DNA from: Candidatus Latescibacterota bacterium
Lineage (GTDB): Bacteria > Latescibacterota > UBA2968
NCBI GenBank assembly: GCA_965207885.1
Contig: OZ242311.1
Location: 2,208,001-2,272,000, forward strand
Length of the DNA stretch: 64,000 bases
Direction of reading: 5' to 3'
This document shows, piece after piece, positions 57,695-64,000 of this stretch (within the stretch, counting starts at the first letter, position 1; every line of letters begins with the position of its first letter). The notes beneath the pieces were generated by a model, which worked only from the letters and a program-made list of their open reading frames with translations, did no database searches and was not told the origin of the DNA. Made by a program: the position numbers and the translations under genes.

Positions 57695-59083
57695 ATGTCG
57701 AACACCGATATTGCGTTAATGGCCCACCTGATGCGTCGAGCGGGGTTTGGGGCCACGAGAACAGAATTGGAGGACTATGCCGAAAGGGGCTATGAAAACG
57801 TCGTGGAAGATCTGGTCGAGCCGGAGCGCTGTGATCCGGTTGATGAGGATATTTTGAATCGTTATTTTGGCAGTTTTGAAGCGGGATATGTGGAGAAATG
57901 GATGTATCGAATGATCCGCAGCAAGCGCCCACTCGAAGAAAAGATGGCTCTTTTCTGGCATCACGTATTCGCCACCGGGCTTGGAAAAAATCAGCATATC
58001 CTCGCCTCTGCCCGCCAGATCGATACCTTCCGGCGCGTGGGGCTTTCAAATATGCGGGAAATTCTGCTCGAGCTATCCAAAGATCCGGCTATGATCTTCT
58101 GGCTGGATAACAATGAAAACCGCAAGGGCGAGCCTAATGAGAACTACGGCAGGGAGCTGTTGGAACTCTTCTCGATGGGTGTTGGCAATTACACAGAAGA
58201 CGATATTAAGAATTGTGCCCGCGCCTTTACGGGATGGACATTTGCGCAGCCACCGCCCCTGTATCCGCAAGGCTTTTACGATGCGAATTTCGTTTTCCTC
58301 GAAGAAGACCACGATGATGGCGAGAAGACGTTTTTGGGGCATACGGGCAATTTCAATGGCGAGGATATTATCGACATTATTGTCGAACAACCCGCTTGTG
58401 CCAAGTTCATATCCAGGCATCTCTACAACTTTTTTGTCGCAGACGAGCCACAGGTCCCATCCTGGCATGTGACCCCGCCACAGGATCCCGATGCGATTGA
58501 AACCCTGTCAAACGCTTTTTTGGAGTCGAAAGGCGATATGCGCCACATCCTGAGAACGCTCTTTAACTCCGACTTCTTCAAGGACGCGCGAGGGAAAAAG
58601 GTGAAAAGCCCTACAGAACTCGTCACGGGCATCCTGAAGCTGATCGGCACTTATCAACGTCCCGATCCGGGTATGGGAAGATATTCGGGTGCTACCACGT
58701 TAATGGGGCAGAAATTGCTGGATCCTCCGACTGTGGAAGGCTGGCACACTGGTAGGGAATGGATTGATGGCGGCACACTGACCGAGCGCGTGAATTTCGC
58801 CGTTCGCGAGGTAAGTGATGCGTCCAGGCCTGGCATACGTGGAATCATTGATCGGCTCAAAGCCGAGGGGCGGGCACTCGCTCCTGATGAGTTCGTGGAG
58901 AAATGTCAGGATCTCGCAGGTCCTATGACCGTGAGTGATACGACCCGCGAATCTTTGAGCAAATTTGCGGAATCAGGTGGCGATCTCGATCTATCCGCGG
59001 ACAACGGATCTGAGGAGAGTACTGATCGCGTGATACAGATGCTGCAACTCATTGTCGCTTCGAGAGAATATCAATTTGCGTAG
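57695..59083 (+). CDS. DUF1800 domain protein
   Basis: AHLMRRAGFG, LEEKMALFWHHVF, PNENYGRELLELFSMG, PPTVEGW. Confidence 0.92.
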   Translation: MSNTDIALMAHLMRRAGFGATRTELEDYAERGYENVVEDLVEPERCDPVDEDILNRYFGSFEAGYVEKWMYRMIRSKRPLEEKMALFWHHVFATGLGKNQHILASARQIDTFRRVGLSNMREILLELSKDPAMIFWLDNNENRKGEPNENYGRELLELFSMGVGNYTEDDIKNCARAFTGWTFAQPPPLYPQGFYDANFVFLEEDHDDGEKTFLGHTGNFNGEDIIDIIVEQPACAKFISRHLYNFFVADEPQVPSWHVTPPQDPDAIETLSNAFLESKGDMRHILRTLFNSDFFKDARGKKVKSPTELVTGILKLIGTYQRPDPGMGRYSGATTLMGQKLLDPPTVEGWHTGREWIDGGTLTERVNFAVREVSDASRPGIRGIIDRLKAEGRALAPDEFVEKCQDLAGPMTVSDTTRESLSKFAESGGDLDLSADNGSEESTDRVIQMLQLIVASREYQFA

Positions 59084-59104
59084 CGCACGGAAAGGAGGAA
59101 TAAA

Positions 59105-60241
59105 ATGGCTTCTAAAGACCCAATCCTCGTCATTGTTGAGTTGAAGGGCGGCAATGACTTCATGAATACTATTATCCCTTATACCAACGGCATATACCAC
59201 GATTGCCGACCCATTGTGGGGCTTCGTCAGGATGAGGTTTTGCCTATGAACGACACTCTGGCCTGGCATCCCAATACGGTGCCCCTGAAGGAGATGTTTG
59301 AGCAGGGTGATGTGGCGATTGTGCAGGGTATCGGGTATCCCGACTCGAGCCGATCGCATTTCAGGGCTATGGATGTCTGGCACACCTGTGAACCCATAGA
59401 TATCGGCACTGAAGGCTGGCTGGGCAGAGTGGTTCGGGATCTGGATCCGAGGGGGGAAAATGTCCTGACGGGCATTAACTTCGGAAAAGGACTTTCTCGA
59501 GCGTTGGCCGTTTCTGGCGTTCCCGTGACATCTGTTGACGATCTCGACAATTACGGATTGATGACCAGCATCAAAGAAGACCCAAAGCGAATGCAGGCTA
59601 TTGAGATATTCAAGACTATGTACGAACCCGCGATTGGCACGGGTGTGGTGATGGATTATCTTTCGCAGACGGGTCTGGATGTCATCAGAGGTTCCGATGA
59701 GTTGAAGAAGGCTCCGGCAATGTATCAGTCCGACGTGGAGTACGGAAGCAATTCGATTGCGAAGGCACTGAGGGATGTCGCGCGCGTTCACCTTGCCGGT
59801 CTCGGCACAAGGATCTTTTACACACAGCACGGGGGCTATGACCACCATGCAAATGAAATGCCGTCACATCCCAAGTTGCTGACGGAGTTGTCGGAAGCAA
59901 TCCGCGATTTCTTCCGGGATTTGCGACACCACAATGCTTCTGAAGAGATAGTTATGCTCGTTTTCTCAGAGTTTGGACGACGTATGAGGGATAACGCCAG
60001 TGGCACTGACCACGGTACAGGTGGTGGTGCATTTATCATCGGTGATGGTGTGAATGGCGGGTTATACGCAGAATATCCCTCTCTTGATCCCTCTCGATGG
60101 GCCAACGGCGAAGACCTTGAGCATACAATTGACTTCCGCGGCATATACGCAACGCTCCTGGAGCAATGGATGGGAATGGATGCCACTCCGATTGTGGATG
60201 GGACATTTGAACAGATCCAGCCTTTCAAAGAGGCCGTGTGA
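59105..60241 (+). CDS. DUF1501 domain protein
   Basis: GGNDFMN, RSHFR, GGYDHH, SEFGRR, GTDHG, DFR. Confidence 0.92.
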   Translation: MASKDPILVIVELKGGNDFMNTIIPYTNGIYHDCRPIVGLRQDEVLPMNDTLAWHPNTVPLKEMFEQGDVAIVQGIGYPDSSRSHFRAMDVWHTCEPIDIGTEGWLGRVVRDLDPRGENVLTGINFGKGLSRALAVSGVPVTSVDDLDNYGLMTSIKEDPKRMQAIEIFKTMYEPAIGTGVVMDYLSQTGLDVIRGSDELKKAPAMYQSDVEYGSNSIAKALRDVARVHLAGLGTRIFYTQHGGYDHHANEMPSHPKLLTELSEAIRDFFRDLRHHNASEEIVMLVFSEFGRRMRDNASGTDHGTGGGAFIIGDGVNGGLYAEYPSLDPSRWANGEDLEHTIDFRGIYATLLEQWMGMDATPIVDGTFEQIQPFKEAV

Positions 60242-60254
60242 TCATGAAAGGACA

Positions 60255-60346
60255 AACACGAATCAACGAATCAGCGAATCAACGGCGGAGTTTGTAACAA
60301 CTTTGGGTGGTGGGGCAGGGTTCGTCTATTCGTCTATTCGTTGTGT
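60255..60346. repeat. Inverted pair of 8-bp tandem arrays
   Basis: (RCGAATCA)x3 at 60258-60281 facing (TTCGTCTA)x2-TTCGTTG at 60321-60343. Confidence 0.75.
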
Positions 60347-60369
60347 ACTTTGAAAAAGGGAGGTGAATC

Positions 60370-61365
60370 ATGGGCAGACCTTATGGCCTGTTGCGGGCAG
60401 GGTTTCCATTTTACAAGACTCTGGGTATGAGGCGGCTGACGAATTTTCCGATTGATATTGCCCTGGGCGAGGAAGGCTGTCTCTACATATTGTGTCGGAA
60501 TAGAGATGCATCGACGATTAGAAAATACCATATTGATGACAAAGATCTGGGTACCGTTGGCCGTGGGCTTACGTGGGCGGTTGCAATTATTGCCGATAGC
60601 GAGGAGAATCTCTATGTCTCCGACGAGGCCAAGCATTGTATTTTGTCCTTTGACAAAGATGGCAAAGAGTTGGAGAAATGGGGTGAGTACGGCGACGGAG
60701 ATGGACAACTGAACGGTCCGGCGGGTATCGCCTTCGATGCAGAAGAGAATATCTATGTTGCTGACAGCCTGAACCACAGAGTCCAGAAGTTTACCAAAGA
60801 TGGTGAATTTATCTCAAAATGGGGCGGGTTTGGCGATGGGGAGGGCGAGTTTAACATGCCCTGGGGACTTACAGTGGATGAACTGGGCGATGTTTATGCC
60901 GCAGATTGGCGAAATGACAGAATTCAGAAGTTCACTGCTGACGGAGAGTTTATCTTCGCGTTTGGGAAGTCGGGTGACGGAAATGGGGAGCTAAATAGGC
61001 CGACCGGTGTGGCCGTAGATGAGCATGGCGATATTTATGTTTCGGACTCGGGAAATGATCGGGTACAATTGTTCAATTCCGAGTCGAGGTACGTGCAAAA
61101 ATTCCTGGGGGATGCAACCCTGTCAACGGTCGCAATTGAATATATGATGACAAATGCCGGTCCAAATCGCCTGAGGGATATGGCAGACCTCGAGCCGCAA
61201 AAGTACTTTCGACGTCCGGGAGGGGTAGCTGTCAATGGAGATGGACTGATGTTTGTAGCGGACAATGGATCCTATCGGGTGCAGGTCTATCAGAAGCAGG
61301 CCGTCCCGCTTACAGAAGAGCAATTTTCCGAGCCGAGACGGTCGCCTACGCTTCACCAGGAATAG
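60370..61365 (+). CDS. NHL-repeat beta-propeller protein
   Basis: Repeated GxGDGxFNxPxGIAxD...YVADxxNxRVQKF. Confidence 0.92.
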   Translation: MGRPYGLLRAGFPFYKTLGMRRLTNFPIDIALGEEGCLYILCRNRDASTIRKYHIDDKDLGTVGRGLTWAVAIIADSEENLYVSDEAKHCILSFDKDGKELEKWGEYGDGDGQLNGPAGIAFDAEENIYVADSLNHRVQKFTKDGEFISKWGGFGDGEGEFNMPWGLTVDELGDVYAADWRNDRIQKFTADGEFIFAFGKSGDGNGELNRPTGVAVDEHGDIYVSDSGNDRVQLFNSESRYVQKFLGDATLSTVAIEYMMTNAGPNRLRDMADLEPQKYFRRPGGVAVNGDGLMFVADNGSYRVQVYQKQAVPLTEEQFSEPRRSPTLHQE

Positions 61366-61386
61366 GCTGAACGCGTCGAATACGGA

Positions 61387-61416
61387 GGCCCTCAGTTTTC
61401 GCTGAGGGCCATTTTT
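61387..61416 (+). terminator. Intrinsic terminator
   Basis: GGCCCTCAG-loop-CTGAGGGCC-ATTTTT. Confidence 0.75.
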
Positions 61417-61434
61417 CATGACTTCTTACCCTGT

Positions 61435-63411
61435 GTGCAAACAATGAGCAATCCTTTACAAGCACACCATTTGTCGGCGAGAGAGCGAGAGTCGTCGGTG
61501 CGCCCGGGCGCTATTATCCTGGGGGTAGTGCTCACATTTTGCATCAACGGCTTCGACCCTGTCTCCCGTTACTTGATCCACTCTTCCTCATTCACACACA
61601 GCCAAATGCCCTTTGCCTTGCTGGTAGGGCTTCTGCTTCTGGGCTATCTCTACAATCCCCTCGTTCGAAGGCGGTTTCCCCGCTTCGCTTTGACGCGGCG
61701 GGATATGGCTGCCGTGCTCGCCATTGGATTTCTCGGCACAACAGTACCCACTCTGGCCCAGAGATTTGTAGCCGTTATTTCGGCTCCGGATTACTACGCT
61801 TCTCCAGAAAATGAATGGCCTACCTACACACTGCCCAACCTGCAGCGCTGGTTGTTCCCCAGCAATGCCGGAGATGGCGTTGGGATGTTCTATCGCGGGC
61901 TGGTTCCCGGTACGCCTTTGCCCTGGGAGATATGGGTTGGTCCGCTCTTCTGGTGGTTCAGTCTGCTCATCGCGATCATGCTGGCCTGTTTTTGTCTCTC
62001 AGTCATTTTGCGAAAACAGTGGTCGGAAAGCGAGCGTTTGGCATTTCCCTTTGTCGAGCTTTCACTGATGCTGGTAGAGAATCCCGGTCCCAGACGAAAT
62101 CTGCCCCAATTTTTTGGCCTGCCCCTTTTCTGGATCGGGTTTGCAATTCCGGCAATCATGCTTTTTTGGAATACAGCAGGCCACTTCTTTCCAGGCCTTC
62201 CCACATTCGCATTTCTCAATATTAGAACACTGCTCCCCATCGGACGTGGATTTATGCCTTTCTTTCTCCAGTTCGATTTCTACGTCATTTGTTTCGCCTA
62301 TTTCACTACCCTGGAAATTCTCCTGTCGATGTGGTTTTTCCACATTTTGGGCATGTTGCAGGCAGGCATTTCCAACCGTATCGGGTTTGGTCCAAGAGGC
62401 TATGGTTCGGGGGTGATCTCTCAGAACAATTACGGCCTGATGGTTTTTGTACTGTGGAGCCTCTGGATCGCACGCGGGCACATCCGCAATGTCTGGCGCA
62501 AAGCAATTGGAAAAGACCCCGAGGTAGATGATTCGACCGAATTGCTCTCCTATCGCACAGCAACCTTCGGTTTCATCCTTGCCAGCCTTTTCATTTTTTT
62601 TTGGCTCTGCAAAACCCAGATGAATCCGGGGGTGGCCGCGGCATTTATGTTTTTTTCTTTGATTCTCTATTTGGGGATGGCCAAGATCGTGGCGCTCAGC
62701 GGGTTGGTGTCTTTACGGGGGTCAGGACCTACCGGACCCGTCAAAGGATTGATCGGTATCTGGAATATGGATGATACGACGATTGCGGCTCTGAACCAGA
62801 TGGGTACGCTTTACGGCAACGCAAAGGGATTTGCCATGCCAGGTGCGGCCAATGCCGCCAGATCAGGCGACCACACCGATCCTCAAAGGCGCCGACTGGG
62901 TGGCGCAATTCTCATTGGCGGAATCCTCTCAATCCTCGCCTTTGTGATCACCACCCTTATTCTGGGTTATTACGGGCAGGGAGCTGAGAATTTTGGAGAC
63001 TACAGTTATACGCGAGGCAACCGGGCCTTTTTCAATTATACTGTTTCGGATATCAAAGGGCGTCCAGATGCAGAACGACAATGGTGGGACCTGGGCTTCG
63101 GAACCTTTGGAGCGGCGATGACCCTGCTGTTGATTTTTCTGAACCAGCGGTTTCCCTGGTGGCCTCTGCACCCGGTGGGATTTACAGTTTCCCTCCAGTA
63201 TCCCACCCGCGCGTCCTTTTTTTCGGTATTTATCGCCTGGCTGATGAAAATAATTGTGCTCAAAGTCGGCGGTATTGAGCTTTTTAACCGCTCTCGTGTT
63301 TTTATTTTTGGCGTCCTCATGGGCTATACGCTGGGTGTTCTGGTTTCTTTTGTTCTGGATATTTTCTTTTTTATGGGCCAGGGCCACCGCATGCATACAC
63401 CACCGCTGTAA
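61435..63411 (+). CDS. Polytopic membrane protein, DUF6785/DUF6784 type (putative transporter)
   Basis: LRKQWSESERLAFP, LWIARGHI, RFPWWPLHPVGF, AWLMK...GG. Confidence 0.78.
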   Translation: MQTMSNPLQAHHLSARERESSVRPGAIILGVVLTFCINGFDPVSRYLIHSSSFTHSQMPFALLVGLLLLGYLYNPLVRRRFPRFALTRRDMAAVLAIGFLGTTVPTLAQRFVAVISAPDYYASPENEWPTYTLPNLQRWLFPSNAGDGVGMFYRGLVPGTPLPWEIWVGPLFWWFSLLIAIMLACFCLSVILRKQWSESERLAFPFVELSLMLVENPGPRRNLPQFFGLPLFWIGFAIPAIMLFWNTAGHFFPGLPTFAFLNIRTLLPIGRGFMPFFLQFDFYVICFAYFTTLEILLSMWFFHILGMLQAGISNRIGFGPRGYGSGVISQNNYGLMVFVLWSLWIARGHIRNVWRKAIGKDPEVDDSTELLSYRTATFGFILASLFIFFWLCKTQMNPGVAAAFMFFSLILYLGMAKIVALSGLVSLRGSGPTGPVKGLIGIWNMDDTTIAALNQMGTLYGNAKGFAMPGAANAARSGDHTDPQRRRLGGAILIGGILSILAFVITTLILGYYGQGAENFGDYSYTRGNRAFFNYTVSDIKGRPDAERQWWDLGFGTFGAAMTLLLIFLNQRFPWWPLHPVGFTVSLQYPTRASFFSVFIAWLMKIIVLKVGGIELFNRSRVFIFGVLMGYTLGVLVSFVLDIFFFMGQGHRMHTPPL

Positions 63412-63419
63412 TAACAAGC

Positions 63420-64000
63420 CTATGTCGATCTTTGATCCAGTTTGACGCGATCGTACGAATCGGGGTCATTTCGGACAATATCGAGCAACTGATCAACATA
63501 CGCGCGAATTTGGAACAGGCGACACGAGGCGTCCCCAATCTTACCGGTCTCTAAAATGCCCGAACGATCCCAGACTTCACCGAGTCGGATCCGATCGAGC
63601 CAGATGAATTCGGCATCGGGGTTCTCTTTCAGGCGATCATTCCAGAACATCACTTCTACGACGTGGATATACGTGGATGAGTGGTAGTCAACGCCGAGCA
63701 TCAGGATTTTGCCGTTCTGTTCGTAGGCTCGGATCATGGGGGAATTTGTACCATACGTTTTGCCCCAGGGCGGACGGTCCCAGGGAGATGCCAGGCCTTC
63801 CCCTGATAGATGATCTGCAATGAAATTTTTAGCGCCTTGTCCGCGTGCTGCCACGGAGTGGGAGTAGTGGTCGGATCTGTGTGTCCCTGGCATCAATCTG
63901 AAATACTCGGTCAACCAGCCGACTGAAGAATCTGTTTTTTCAACGTCCCAGGACCCCGCTCGTTGCTCTCGATCGCCGGTCAGATTGAACGATGGCATCA
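63420..64000 (-). CDS. AAC(3)-family N-acetyltransferase, partial (5' end outside window)
   Basis: MPSFN, VGWLTEYFR, RSDHYSHSVAARG, ILMLGV..SSTYIHVVE. Confidence 0.82.
   Translation of the reverse strand, partial: MPSFNLTGDREQRAGSWDVEKTDSSVGWLTEYFRLMPGTHRSDHYSHSVAARGQGAKNFIADHLSGEGLASPWDRPPWGKTYGTNSPMIRAYEQNGKILMLGVDYHSSTYIHVVEVMFWNDRLKENPDAEFIWLDRIRLGEVWDRSGILETGKIGDASCRLFQIRAYVDQLLDIVRNDPDSYDRVKLDQRST

Noticed and set aside
63420-64000. AAC(3) homolog as an aminoglycoside resistance gene
   Set aside because: The family is broad, the gene is partial and no mobile context is visible, so resistance cannot be supported.

Overview
Bacterial chromosomal window with no rRNA, tRNA or CRISPR array detected by eye. 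The backbone is rich in catabolic and housekeeping genes: two sulfatases, several Gfo/Idh/MocA and MDR oxidoreductases, TIM-barrel epimerases, HpcH aldolases, amidohydrolases, a sialate O-acetylesterase, nadA, manC, hisI, prs, ltaE, an mraY paralog and trmY. This content, plus a secreted Pro-rich/dockerin-like EF-hand protein, resembles Latescibacterota/Poribacteria-type heterotrophs (inference only). Main observations: (1) An 8.9-kb AT-rich island (29637-38538) is bounded by GG-starting imperfect terminal inverted repeats and a perfect 8-bp target duplication (TTAATTTT). It looks like one cargo-carrying IS1595-family transposon. The cargo includes an unannotated 24-aa type-I-toxin-like peptide locus, a UDG-superfamily protein, a superinfection-immunity protein, a HEPN protein, tandem paralogous micro-proteins and a nested intact IS3. 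(2) An unannotated His-rich leader peptide and attenuator (9925-10130) control a SAM methyltransferase-hisI-GNAT operon. (3) A defence cluster (about 50.8-56.6 kb) holds a convergent nuclease and HTH-N6-MTase-TRD fusion, an Mrr/Cap4-like nuclease, a decayed Phd-PIN module and HicAB. (4) trmY lies antisense inside a minus-strand operon. All alignments and counts were done by hand; no database searches were run.
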